Origin: Flavobacteriales bacterium
GTDB lineage: Bacteria > Bacteroidota > Bacteroidia > NS11-12g > UBA955
Length of the DNA stretch: 64,000 nucleotides
Assembly (NCBI GenBank): GCA_024643755.1
Contig: JAHEMG010000002.1
Span: forward strand, 5,834-69,833
Direction: 5' to 3'
The position numbers and the translations under genes are program-made. This document shows, in pieces, positions 27,384 through 36,134 of the stretch. The stretch's first letter is position 1. The number at the start of each line of letters is the position of its first letter. A model generated the notes under the pieces. That model saw only the letters and a list, made by a program, of their open reading frames with translations. It was not told the origin of the DNA and did no database searches.

Positions 27384-28199
27384 ATGACTAATAACAACAC
27401 AAAATCAGGAAGCAGCCCGTTGATGGCTTATTTCTCAGGCCTTGCCATTTTGTTTGCCATCGCCGCAGGGTACTCAATTTACATTTTCTTGTTGGGAAAT
27501 CCAGCCAACTTTGAAGACGGTGATGTAGCTAAAGGACATCCATTGGGATTGTTGGGTATCATCTATCGTGGTGGTATCGCCATCGTACCATTGTTGATTG
27601 CCGTAAACATTACGGTTATTTTGATTGCCATTGAGCGTTTTATCACTTTGTCTGCTGCCTCTGGTCGTGGAAATGCTACTGAATTCGTTCGCAGCATGCA
27701 AGGTTTGTTGGCCAAGAACGACATCGACGGTGCAATTGCTGCTTGCGATAAGCAACGCGGTTCTTTGGCAAACGTGGTTCGCTCAGGTTTGAGCCGTTAC
27801 AAAGTAGTTGCTGCCAAGACTGATTTGGATCGCGACGAAAAGAAAGCCGCTATTGAAAAAGAATTGGAAGAAGCCACTAGCTTGGAATTGCCTATGTTGT
27901 CTAAGAACTTGGTAATTGTGTCTACTTGTGCTTCTATTGGTACGTTGATCGGTTTGATCGGTACAGTATTCGGTATGATTCGTGCGTTCGCGGCGTTGGC
28001 TAACTCAGGTGCTCCTGATACTGCAGCGTTGGCAACTGGTATCTCTGAAGCGTTGGTTAACACAGCATTCGGTATCATCGGTTCTACTTTGGCGATCATC
28101 AGCTATAACTACTTCACCAACCGCATCGATGGTATGACTCATAGCATGGATGAAGCTGGTTACTCTATCGTGTCTAACTTCCAGGCTAACCACGGTTAA
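27384..28199 (+). CDS. exbB: MotA/TolQ/ExbB proton-channel protein
   Basis: Three TM segments. The C-terminal GLIGTVFGMIRAF...ISEALVNTAFGI signature is typical of this family. I set the start at ATG 27384 rather than the TTG at 27351. Confidence 0.9.
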   Translation: MTNNNTKSGSSPLMAYFSGLAILFAIAAGYSIYIFLLGNPANFEDGDVAKGHPLGLLGIIYRGGIAIVPLLIAVNITVILIAIERFITLSAASGRGNATEFVRSMQGLLAKNDIDGAIAACDKQRGSLANVVRSGLSRYKVVAAKTDLDRDEKKAAIEKELEEATSLELPMLSKNLVIVSTCASIGTLIGLIGTVFGMIRAFAALANSGAPDTAALATGISEALVNTAFGIIGSTLAIISYNYFTNRIDGMTHSMDEAGYSIVSNFQANHG

Positions 28200-28254
28200 T
28201 CCGTCGTTTACCTTTTCGGTATAACCCGTATTAAGACCCGTTAAAAAAACGAAC

Positions 28255-28926
28255 ATGCCAAAAGTTAGTATGCCCCGTTCCACCCCTTCATTGGATATGA
28301 CGCCAATGGTGGATTTGGCATTCCTTCTGGTGACGTTCTTTATGTTAACCTCAAGTTTCCGTGCTCCAGAGCCCGTATTCGTTGACCCACCAACCTCAAC
28401 TACCGAAGACCAAATACCCAAACAGGTGTTTTTGGTGACAGTAGATGAGAAAGGACGGGTATTCATTGATCTTACAAACCCTGCTGTAAAAGAATTGGTT
28501 TTGAAAGATATGATGCGCGATTTCAAGGTGAAAATGAGTGCAGAGGACGTAAAGAAATTTGCCGGCGCAGGTCCGATTGGACTGAAGATGGAATCCATTC
28601 CCGCCTATTTGGAGTTAGAAGTCAATGAACGCACCAAGGTTGAACAAGCAGGTGTGCCTTACGATACAGTGAACATCAAAAAGAGTCAGCTGTACCATTG
28701 GGCTTACAACACCCGTTTGCGCGCCCATGATGATTTCAACGATCGCAAAGACGAAGCTGAAAAGCGCGGCTTGGCCTTCGATAAAGAAAATTACATCCAA
28801 TTTGCGGTAAAAGCTGATGGGAAAACAAAATATAATGTGCTAAAACATGTTATTCAAGTATTCCGGGAAGCCAAAGTAAAGAATTTTCAGATGATAACCG
28901 GTTTGGAAGCCAAACCCAATGATTAA
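28255..28926 (+). CDS. exbD: ExbD/TolR-family biopolymer transport protein
   Basis: N-terminal MTPMVDLAFLLVTFFML signature and a single TM segment. Confidence 0.85.
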   Translation: MPKVSMPRSTPSLDMTPMVDLAFLLVTFFMLTSSFRAPEPVFVDPPTSTTEDQIPKQVFLVTVDEKGRVFIDLTNPAVKELVLKDMMRDFKVKMSAEDVKKFAGAGPIGLKMESIPAYLELEVNERTKVEQAGVPYDTVNIKKSQLYHWAYNTRLRAHDDFNDRKDEAEKRGLAFDKENYIQFAVKADGKTKYNVLKHVIQVFREAKVKNFQMITGLEAKPND

Positions 28927-28945
28927 AAGATAGGAGAGATAAACC

Positions 28946-29581
28946 ATGGCAGAAATTCAATCGAATGGTGGCGGAGGCGACGGTAGTAAAAAAAGAGCCA
29001 AAAAACAGAGTACCAAAGTGGATATGACCCCTTTGGTGGATTTGGCCTTTTTGCTATTGACGTTCTTCGTACTTACCTCAACTTTCTCTCAACCCAAAGT
29101 GTTGAGAATGATCTTCCCTGAAAAATTGGATGAAAAAGACCTGAAAAACATGAAGCAACCTGAAGTAAAAGATGGTATCACCATTTTACTTACAGCGGAA
29201 AATCGTGTTTTCTGGTACCGCGGTGCCCTAAACAAAGAAACTGTTTTGGAAGAAACCGACTTCACCAAAAACGGATTGCGCAAAATCTTGGTAGAAAACA
29301 ATTTGTCTCTACTAACCCAATTGCGTGATTTCGAAAAACAATTGAACAAAATCGATGAGAAAGATACTGCCAAGCGCAATGCCATCGATGCCAAAGTAAA
29401 GCAAGCCCAGCGCGATTCTAAGTTGGTGGTGTTGTTGAAGAACGACGATCAAGCTACCTACAGAAACGTGATTGACGTGATGGATGAATTCATGATCTGT
29501 CAGATTGCCAAATACTTTGCCGTTGATGAACCACTTGCCCCCTTGGAAAAGCAGCTCATCGCTCAGAAACTTAAATCCTAA
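28946..29581 (+). CDS. exbD: ExbD/TolR-family biopolymer transport protein (second copy)
   Basis: MTPLVDLAFLLLTFFVL signature and a C-terminal VVLLKNDDQATYRNVIDVMD motif. Confidence 0.85.
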   Translation: MAEIQSNGGGGDGSKKRAKKQSTKVDMTPLVDLAFLLLTFFVLTSTFSQPKVLRMIFPEKLDEKDLKNMKQPEVKDGITILLTAENRVFWYRGALNKETVLEETDFTKNGLRKILVENNLSLLTQLRDFEKQLNKIDEKDTAKRNAIDAKVKQAQRDSKLVVLLKNDDQATYRNVIDVMDEFMICQIAKYFAVDEPLAPLEKQLIAQKLKS

Positions 29582-29586
29582 ACGCT

Positions 29587-30402
29587 ATGTCAGAAAGTTT
29601 GATGAACAAATGGGACCAAGTGCAATCGCCAGGACGTAATGAACTGGTATTTGCCGACCGATTCAAAGAATACGGTGCCTACCAAATACGTAGCCAGTTT
29701 AGTAAGAACCAATCTTTGGCCACTTTGATCGCCCTTTCGGTGACGGCCCTTTTCGCAGCGATGCCCATCATTGTAGAGCACTTTTTCCCGAAAGAGAAAG
29801 AAGTGAAGACACAGTTGAAGGTGACAAACATCGATGATGTAAAAGCCCCCGAAGAAGAGGAAGAAAAAGAGCCAGAGAAGCCAAAAATCGAAGAACCAGA
29901 GCCCCAAGTGGCCGCTCAGCAGTACGTCGTGCCAAGGATCAATCCTGATGCGGCCTCTGATGATGTAATTATTCCTCCCGATGAAATCAAAACTGCGGGT
30001 AAAAAAACCCAAGAAGGGGAGGAAGATTTCGAAGCGCCCGACTTTAAAGATGACGGCGGCGCATCGGGCGGTACCGGTGACCAAATTGCAACCAACGTAC
30101 AAATCAAAGCCAACTTCCCCGGTGGTGAGGCTGCTTTCCGTTCTTATGTAGAAGGAGAGTTTCAATACCCACCTCGTTGTTATGAGGAAGGCATTAACGG
30201 TGCTGTATTGTTGCGTTTCGCTGTTGATGAAGCTGGTAGAATTTCCCGCGTTCAAGCCATTGAGGAAACCAAAAGCTGTCCTGAATTTACCACCGAAGCC
30301 ATTCGCGTGTTAAAGAAATCACCCCGTTGGGTGCCTGGCCAGAACAATGGAACCTTCTTGAAATCTTGGCGTGAAATCCCCATCAAGTTGGCGGTGGAAT
30401 AA
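29587..30402 (+). CDS. TonB-family energy transducer
   Basis: 271 aa with an N-terminal TM segment, a Glu/Lys/Pro-rich linker (APEEEEEKEPEKPKIEEPEP) and a TonB_C domain (ANFPGGEAAFRSYVEGEFQYP...GINGAVLLRFAVDEAGRI). Confidence 0.8.
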   Translation: MSESLMNKWDQVQSPGRNELVFADRFKEYGAYQIRSQFSKNQSLATLIALSVTALFAAMPIIVEHFFPKEKEVKTQLKVTNIDDVKAPEEEEEKEPEKPKIEEPEPQVAAQQYVVPRINPDAASDDVIIPPDEIKTAGKKTQEGEEDFEAPDFKDDGGASGGTGDQIATNVQIKANFPGGEAAFRSYVEGEFQYPPRCYEEGINGAVLLRFAVDEAGRISRVQAIEETKSCPEFTTEAIRVLKKSPRWVPGQNNGTFLKSWREIPIKLAVE

Positions 30403-30424
30403 TCCCTTAGAAACTGTGAAAAAA

Positions 30425-30450
30425 GGCGGGCCCATGGCCCGCCTTTTTTT
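30425..30450 (+). terminator. intrinsic terminator after the exbBDD-tonB operon
   Basis: GGCGGGCC-(CAT)-GGCCCGCC stem followed by an 8-nt T-run. Confidence 0.8.
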
Positions 30451-30463
30451 TGCCCCATCTAAC

Positions 30464-30471
30464 TATCTTTG
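30464..30471 (+). promoter_or_regulatory. -7 box TATCTTTG
   Basis: Exact TAnnTTTG match 6 nt upstream of the ATG at 30478. Confidence 0.5.
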
Positions 30472-30477
30472 CTCGAT

Positions 30478-31971
30478 ATGACAACGCCTGCACTGCTTAC
30501 AATCCAAGATTTGCGCATCCATGCAGGCAGTACATCGTTGGTGCACTTGCCCCTTTTAGAACTGCATGCCGGAGAGCTCCATGGCATCATCGGTGAAAGT
30601 GGATCAGGAAAATCACTCACCCTTTTTACCGTTCTCGGACTGATATCGCCCCAGCTCAACGTTACTGGATCGGTACAGTTTCAGGGACAAGAATTGACCA
30701 CCCTGTCGCCCAAATTATGGCAAACCATTCGCGGCAAAGCCATCGGCATGGTGTTCCAAGAACCAATGTCGGCCCTCAATCCACAAATGCGCTGTGGCAA
30801 ACAACTCCTGGAGTCGGCCCGCATTCACGAACCGGACCTCAATAAAGCCCAGGCGCTGGTCGATAAAAAGTTGGATCAACTCGGACTTTCAGAGATCAAA
30901 GAAAGAATCATGCAGGCCTATCCGCATCAGTTGAGCGGCGGACAACGGCAGCGTGTGATGATTGCCATGGCTTGTGTGCATGAACCGCCCTTGATCTTGG
31001 CAGACGAACCCACAACCGCCCTCGACAGTGTGGCCCGCGCCCAAGTTATGGATGATTTGCAACGGGTTTGCAGGGAACAGGGTAGCGCCTTGCTCTGGGT
31101 GAGTCACGAACTGGATTTGGTGCGTCAATATGCTGAAACCATCACCGTGCTGCGCAAAGGTGTCTGTATCGCTCAAGGAGATTCGGCCGATGTGTTTGGT
31201 GCTGAAGCGGATCCCTATGTAAAAGAGTTGATGGCAGCCATGCCCCACGGTAAATGGGTATCGCCCCTGCAAAATCCTGTACCGGTACTTTCCATTCAAT
31301 CGCTCTCCAAAAATTATGGCCATGGACCCCAAGCCGTTCAGGCATTGATGGATTTCAACGAAGTACTGCACCAGGGAGAGACACTGTCGGTGGTGGGACT
31401 TTCGGGCTCCGGAAAAAGCACGTTGGCCAAATTGCTGGTGGCGTTGGAGCAGCCAACTATCGGACAAATAACCCTCGGTGATAAACCCTTGCCTCGGAAG
31501 CCACCCACAGGCATACAAATGGTGTTTCAAGACCCTTATGCATCGCTGAATCCCAACGTGAAGGCCATTGATGCGGTAGCGGAAGTGGTGGCATTGGTGA
31601 ATAAGCAAAAGATGTCATCCCCCGACGCGATGAACCATGCCATGGAACTGCTCAAGGAAGTGGGGTTTGATTTGCGGTTGAGCCAAGCTTATCCGCATCA
31701 GATGAGTGGGGGACAACGACAGCGATTGTGCATTGCACGGGCCTTGGCTTCGAATCCCAAGGTGTTGATATTGGATGAGGCAGTAGCCGCATTGGATCCA
31801 TTGGTGCAAAAGCAAGTGCTGGATTTGTTTATCGCCCTGCAACAAGAAAGGCAGTTGGCGTATTTGTTCATAACCCATAATTTGGAGGTAGCACAGGCGA
31901 TATCGCACCGCATCGTATTTTTGGAAAAAGGGTGCAAAAAGCCTTTGCCTGACGATTGGATAAGGGTTTGA
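30478..31971 (+). CDS. ABC transporter ATP-binding protein with two fused ABC domains (Dpp/Opp ATPase type)
   Basis: Two Walker A motifs (GESGSGKS, GLSGSGKST), two signature motifs (LSGGQRQR twice) and two Walker B motifs (LILADEPT, VLILDEAV). I set the start at ATG 30478. Confidence 0.9.
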   Translation: MTTPALLTIQDLRIHAGSTSLVHLPLLELHAGELHGIIGESGSGKSLTLFTVLGLISPQLNVTGSVQFQGQELTTLSPKLWQTIRGKAIGMVFQEPMSALNPQMRCGKQLLESARIHEPDLNKAQALVDKKLDQLGLSEIKERIMQAYPHQLSGGQRQRVMIAMACVHEPPLILADEPTTALDSVARAQVMDDLQRVCREQGSALLWVSHELDLVRQYAETITVLRKGVCIAQGDSADVFGAEADPYVKELMAAMPHGKWVSPLQNPVPVLSIQSLSKNYGHGPQAVQALMDFNEVLHQGETLSVVGLSGSGKSTLAKLLVALEQPTIGQITLGDKPLPRKPPTGIQMVFQDPYASLNPNVKAIDAVAEVVALVNKQKMSSPDAMNHAMELLKEVGFDLRLSQAYPHQMSGGQRQRLCIARALASNPKVLILDEAVAALDPLVQKQVLDLFIALQQERQLAYLFITHNLEVAQAISHRIVFLEKGCKKPLPDDWIRV

Positions 31972-32138
31972 TTGGGGGATTTTGCCAATGGAAATGTGGG
32001 GTTGTTGATTGGTGAGGAGAATTATTGTAATTTATTGATATTCTACAACTTGTAGTGAAGTGTTTGTTTTATTGAACAAGGGGTTTCGTGTGAATACGAT
32101 CACAGGAACGCTGGGGTTTGCTGTTGTATTATTGTTGT

Positions 32139-33164
32139 ATGATTCAATGGATATCTAACTACCGCAAAATGGCGCTCACTGCGTTCGCTTTGAGCATTGT
32201 TGCTCTGCCTATATATGCCCAAACCCAAGGTCCAGCCGAATCAACCAATCAACCCCCTGTAGTTCCCACAGAGATGGTCATTGAATTGGAGCACAAAGTA
32301 AAAAAAGGTGAAACTTTATACGCCATTGGCAAGCATTATCATTGTTCTGTAGCCGAGTTACAAGCCCTGAATCCAGGCATCGGTATGTTAAAACCCGGCA
32401 TGAAGGTGAAAGTGAAACAGCGCACCAAAGTGCCAGCCAAATCAACCCCTGCAGCGGCCCCACAATTGAACCCCATTGCAGATCGCAAAAAAGAAACCCC
32501 CGTTGCCATTGCAACCCTCCCAGAAGTGCCAGCAAATGTCATTGACCATGTGGTGGTGAAAGGACAAAGTCTGTATAGCATCTCCAAAACCTACGGCGTG
32601 AGCATCGCGGAGATCAAATCGGTGAATAAACTAACTTCGGATCAACTGTCGATCAACCAAAAATTATGGATTCCCAAAACCGGTGTTGTGATGTCGGTAC
32701 CCGCCGATCAGTCGGTGGTGAATGCTACGCAGTCCAATACCAATCCAACGTTGGCAGTTACCAAGGACTCATCAATCAGCAGCGAACAAGTGGCTACGAC
32801 GGCTACCAACGCGGTACAAGGGATTTCAATCAAGGATTCGATGGACAACCAAGGCGGTATGCCCGAGCAAGTCACCACCAAATTGAAGTCGGCCAATTTG
32901 AAAGAATACGAAAAGAAGGTGACCGCTCAAATCGGATATGAAGGCATGAAAGCGGAACGCTCTTGGGTGATGATGAACAAGCACAAAAAAGGCGAAGTCG
33001 TGGCCATCATCAATCCTGTGAACAAGAAAATGGTGTATTGCACGGTGATTGGGGAGCTTCCCGACAAAGGCAATAAACACATCGCTATTTCTCAGTCGGT
33101 GGCGGATCGTTTGGGAATCACAGAGGGCAACGCTACCTTGCGGGTTCGATATGTGGCCCAATAA
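32139..33164 (+). CDS. LysM-domain peptidoglycan-binding secreted protein
   Basis: Signal peptide ...MALTAFALSIVALPIYAQ and two LysM repeats (HKVKKGETLYAIGKHYHCSVAELQALNPG; HVVVKGQSLYSISKTYGVSIAEIKSVNKL). The C-terminal ~90-aa domain is unassigned. The start could instead be 32169. Confidence 0.7.
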   Translation: MIQWISNYRKMALTAFALSIVALPIYAQTQGPAESTNQPPVVPTEMVIELEHKVKKGETLYAIGKHYHCSVAELQALNPGIGMLKPGMKVKVKQRTKVPAKSTPAAAPQLNPIADRKKETPVAIATLPEVPANVIDHVVVKGQSLYSISKTYGVSIAEIKSVNKLTSDQLSINQKLWIPKTGVVMSVPADQSVVNATQSNTNPTLAVTKDSSISSEQVATTATNAVQGISIKDSMDNQGGMPEQVTTKLKSANLKEYEKKVTAQIGYEGMKAERSWVMMNKHKKGEVVAIINPVNKKMVYCTVIGELPDKGNKHIAISQSVADRLGITEGNATLRVRYVAQ

Positions 33165-34479
33165 GGCATTGTTGAATAGCACTTTCTGGCGAACCGACCT
33201 ACTCCTATGGGTTGCGTTGGGCTTTATTCATGTATCGCCTGCCCTGGCATCGATTTGTCTCGGGTTATTTGTGATTCAATTACTATTTCTGGGCGATAGG
33301 GTGGCGATGTCGTTCGTGCAACGCGTATCGCTCAGTCTGATGGCGCTGTCGTTGTTGTGGAATGTGTTGAGCTTGATGGATGTGTACGGTGGATACATCA
33401 CCCATGGTTTGAATAGCCACGATTTTATGGCGGATTTATCGCTGTCTGATTTGCAAAAACTGGCTTTGACCAAATTACAGGTAAAACTGCCTTTGTTGGT
33501 CGTGCTAACGTTATATGCCACGGGGAAACGCTTGTCTACGGTGCTTTACCGATTTTGGCCTTTGGTGGTGTTGCCGGTGTTTTGGATATCGGTGAGTAGT
33601 GTGATTCATTATTTGCAGCATCGCACGTTTTATGACCAGATGGTGCTAGAGAGCAAGCCCATTCCTTTGTATTCCGGGGTGTATCACATTGAGTATGCCG
33701 TGTTGGTGGGGTGTGTGGTTTTGTTGATGGCCAAGGGGTTGTTGAGTGGGGCGGTTGAGGGACAGGCATCGAGGCGGTTGTTGGTGGTGGCGCTTGCGGT
33801 ATTGGTCATTTGTATGCACGTGCTGGGTGCGCGAACCGGTTTGATTTTCTTGTATGTGGGCGGGGCGATGATGCTGTTTGATGTTGCAAGGCGACACAGA
33901 CAATGGTTGTTGCGAGGTGGATTGGTATTGGCGCTGCTGATGGGTGTATTGAGTATGTTGCCCAGTGTGCAGAACAGGGTTACAAATACACTGACCGACT
34001 TAAAAACCACGTTTCAAGGGGGCGATGTTACGCACCAGAGTTTTGGTCAGCGATGGGTGGCTTGGACGGTGGCTTGGGCTACGATAACAGAATCGAATAG
34101 CGCATGGAAGGGATTTGGCGCGGGCGTGGATGTGGTGATGAAAGCGCAATACGAAAGAAAAGGGGTGGCGTTGGCGGAGCGACACAGAATTGGGGTGCAC
34201 AACCAATGGTTGGAGGGTGCATTACAATCTGGATGGATGAGTTTTGTGTTACTGTTGGTGGCTGGATTTTTTGCTTTGGGCGATGGGAGGAATGGAGATC
34301 GAACCATGGAGGTGGCGTTGTGGCTGTCGGTGGTGGTTGCGATGATGTTTGAGAGCTTGATGGAGCGACAAGCGGGCATTTTGGTCCTAATTGTGTTGTT
34401 TCAAGGGGCGATGGCGAAAAAAAATGGCATTTATTCTGAAATAAAGACGGAAGATGCTTTGATTGATAAAATTAAATAG
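33151..34479 (+). CDS. O-antigen ligase/polymerase-like (Wzy_C) polytopic membrane protein
   Basis: About 11-12 hydrophobic segments, GARTGLIFLYVGG and a GVHNQWLEGALQSGW motif (HN-x-x-L-x-x-x-x-x-x-G) typical of the family. I set the start at ATG 33151, giving a 14-nt overlap with the LysM gene. Confidence 0.6.
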   Translation: MWPNKALLNSTFWRTDLLLWVALGFIHVSPALASICLGLFVIQLLFLGDRVAMSFVQRVSLSLMALSLLWNVLSLMDVYGGYITHGLNSHDFMADLSLSDLQKLALTKLQVKLPLLVVLTLYATGKRLSTVLYRFWPLVVLPVFWISVSSVIHYLQHRTFYDQMVLESKPIPLYSGVYHIEYAVLVGCVVLLMAKGLLSGAVEGQASRRLLVVALAVLVICMHVLGARTGLIFLYVGGAMMLFDVARRHRQWLLRGGLVLALLMGVLSMLPSVQNRVTNTLTDLKTTFQGGDVTHQSFGQRWVAWTVAWATITESNSAWKGFGAGVDVVMKAQYERKGVALAERHRIGVHNQWLEGALQSGWMSFVLLLVAGFFALGDGRNGDRTMEVALWLSVVVAMMFESLMERQAGILVLIVLFQGAMAKKNGIYSEIKTEDALIDKIK

Positions 34480-34480
34480 G

Positions 34481-34488
34481 TATATTTG
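34481..34488 (+). promoter_or_regulatory. -7 box TATATTTG for rpmB operon
   Basis: Exact TAnnTTTG match 14 nt upstream of the rpmB ATG. Confidence 0.55.
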
Positions 34489-34502
34489 CAACCCCAAAAA
34501 TT

Positions 34503-34736
34503 ATGTCTCGCGTTTGTGATTTAACCGGAAAGAAGGCCATGAAGGGCAATAATGTTTCGCATTCTAACAAGAAAACGAAGCGTCGTTTTTATCCCAACCT
34601 TCAGACCAAGAAGTTTTTTATTCCCGAAACAGGGGAGTGGATTACCTTGAAAGTAGCTGCGTCTACCATCAAAACCATCGATAAGAAAGGTATTTCTTCT
34701 TGCATCAACAATTTGTTTAAGAAAGGAAAAATTTAA
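34503..34736 (+). CDS. rpmB: 50S ribosomal protein L28
   Basis: [34 protein letters not shown] is the canonical L28 N-terminus. Confidence 0.95.
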   Translation: MSRVCDLTGKKAMKGNNVSHSNKKTKRRFYPNLQTKKFFIPETGEWITLKVAASTIKTIDKKGISSCINNLFKKGKI

Positions 34737-34738
34737 TC

Positions 34739-34921
34739 ATGGCAAAAAAAGGAAACCGTGTTCAAGTAATCCTTGAGTGCACAGAGCAAAAAGGAAGTGG
34801 TGTAGCAGGCATGAGCCGTTACATTACTACTAAAAACAAGAAAAACACTGCAGAGCGTATTGAGTTGAAGAAATACAACCCATACATGCGCAAAGTAACT
34901 GTTCATAAGGAGATCAAATAA
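34739..34921 (+). CDS. rpmG: 50S ribosomal protein L33
   Basis: [16 protein letters not shown]...[29 protein letters not shown] is canonical L33. Confidence 0.95.
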   Translation: MAKKGNRVQVILECTEQKGSGVAGMSRYITTKNKKNTAERIELKKYNPYMRKVTVHKEIK

Positions 34922-35076
34922 TGGCAAAGAAGGTTGTAGCAACACTGAAAAAAGAAGGTGCCGGTAGCGAGTACGTGAAAGCAATTAAAATTGTAAAATC
35001 GCCCAAGAGCGGTGCTTACTCTTTCAAAGAAGAAATTTTGCCAGCCGATAAGGTAAAGGCGTTCTTCGCGAAGTAA
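34921..35076 (+). CDS. DUF4295-like 51-aa lysine-rich protein (absent from the ORF track, <60 aa)
   Basis: The ATG at 34921 shares its A with the rpmG TAA (TAATG). It translates to [51 protein letters not shown], with a stop at 35074-35076. The operon terminator follows 22 nt later. This position and size are typical of the Bacteroidota-specific DUF4295 gene. Confidence 0.75.
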   Translation: MAKKVVATLKKEGAGSEYVKAIKIVKSPKSGAYSFKEEILPADKVKAFFAK

Positions 35077-35098
35077 TTGATCCTTCAAAAGATATTAT

Positions 35099-35123
35099 AG
35101 CCCCTCAATGGGGCTTTTTTTTT
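35099..35123 (+). terminator. intrinsic terminator of the rpmB-rpmG-DUF4295 operon
   Basis: AGCCCC-TCAAT-GGGGCT hairpin followed by a 9-nt T-run. Confidence 0.8.
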
Positions 35124-35144
35124 ACCTTCACATCAATAAAGCAA

Positions 35145-36134
35145 ATGTCAATCTTCAATTGGTTTTCAAAAAACAAGCCCAAAGAGGAATTACCTGCTGC
35201 GCAAGTGGAGCAAGCCGAGCAAACCCAAGCGGCTTTGGAAAAAACGCGCACTGGATTTCTGTCGAAACTGGGACGATTGTTTACCGGGAAACGTCAGGTA
35301 GATGGTGATTTCTTGGATGAGTTGGAAGAGGTGCTCTTGACCTCTGATGTAGGCGTGGAAACCACCGTCCAAATCATTCAAAACTTAGAAAAGCGTGTCT
35401 CCAAAGACGCTTATGTATCAGAGGAGGAGTTGCATGAATTGTTGGCCGATGAAATAGCCAAGTTGATGCCCGATATCCAAATGCCCGTTGCCAAAGACCT
35501 ACATTTAACGGGGGCCTCAACGCCGTATGTGGTTTTGGTTGTGGGGGTGAATGGCGTGGGTAAAACCACCACCATCGGTAAGTTGGCGCACCACTATGCA
35601 CAACTGGGTAAAAAAGTGATTTTGGGTGCGGGTGATACCTTTCGCGCTGCTGCTGTGGAACAATTGAGTATTTGGCAGAACCGCGCTGGCGTATCTATCG
35701 TATCGCACGGCATGAACACCGACCCTGCTTCTGTCGCCTACGACGCCGTGAAACAAGCTGTGGAAGAACAAGCCGATGTGGTGATCATTGATACCGCCGG
35801 TCGCTTGCACAACAAAGTGGGATTGATGAACGAATTGTCGAAAATCCGTCGCGTCATCGAAAAGTTCAAACCTGATGCCCCACATGAGGTGTTATTGGTG
35901 ATTGATGCTACGACCGGACAAAATGCGTTTGAACAGGCCAAACAGTTTACTGCTGCTACCCAAGTGAATACATTGGCGGTGACCAAACTTGATGGTACAG
36001 CCAAAGGCGGTGTGGTGATAGGGGTGAGTCATGCCTATCAATTGCCCGTGAAATACATCGGTCTGGGCGAAAAAGCCGAAGACCTCAAATTGTTTAATAA
36101 GTACGATTTCATCAAATCGATTTTTGTATCGTGA
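35145..36134 (+). CDS. ftsY: signal recognition particle receptor FtsY
   Basis: NG domain with VVGVNGVGKTTTIGKLA (G1), DTAGRL (G3) and TKLDGTAKGG (G4). Confidence 0.95.
   Translation: MSIFNWFSKNKPKEELPAAQVEQAEQTQAALEKTRTGFLSKLGRLFTGKRQVDGDFLDELEEVLLTSDVGVETTVQIIQNLEKRVSKDAYVSEEELHELLADEIAKLMPDIQMPVAKDLHLTGASTPYVVLVVGVNGVGKTTTIGKLAHHYAQLGKKVILGAGDTFRAAAVEQLSIWQNRAGVSIVSHGMNTDPASVAYDAVKQAVEEQADVVIIDTAGRLHNKVGLMNELSKIRRVIEKFKPDAPHEVLLVIDATTGQNAFEQAKQFTAATQVNTLAVTKLDGTAKGGVVIGVSHAYQLPVKYIGLGEKAEDLKLFNKYDFIKSIFVS

Noticed and set aside
28005-28598. 197-aa minus-strand ORF spanning the exbB/exbD junction
   Set aside because: It is antisense to two well-supported genes and crosses their intergenic spacer. 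No start context or motifs support it.
29590-30255. 221-aa minus-strand ORF antisense to the TonB gene
   Set aside because: It lies entirely within a well-supported plus-strand CDS. It stays open only because it mirrors the GAA/AAG-rich linker. It is low complexity with no motifs.
30889-31608. 239-aa minus-strand ORF antisense to the ABC ATPase
   Set aside because: It is a shadow ORF of a gene with unambiguous Walker/signature motifs on the plus strand. No independent signals support it.
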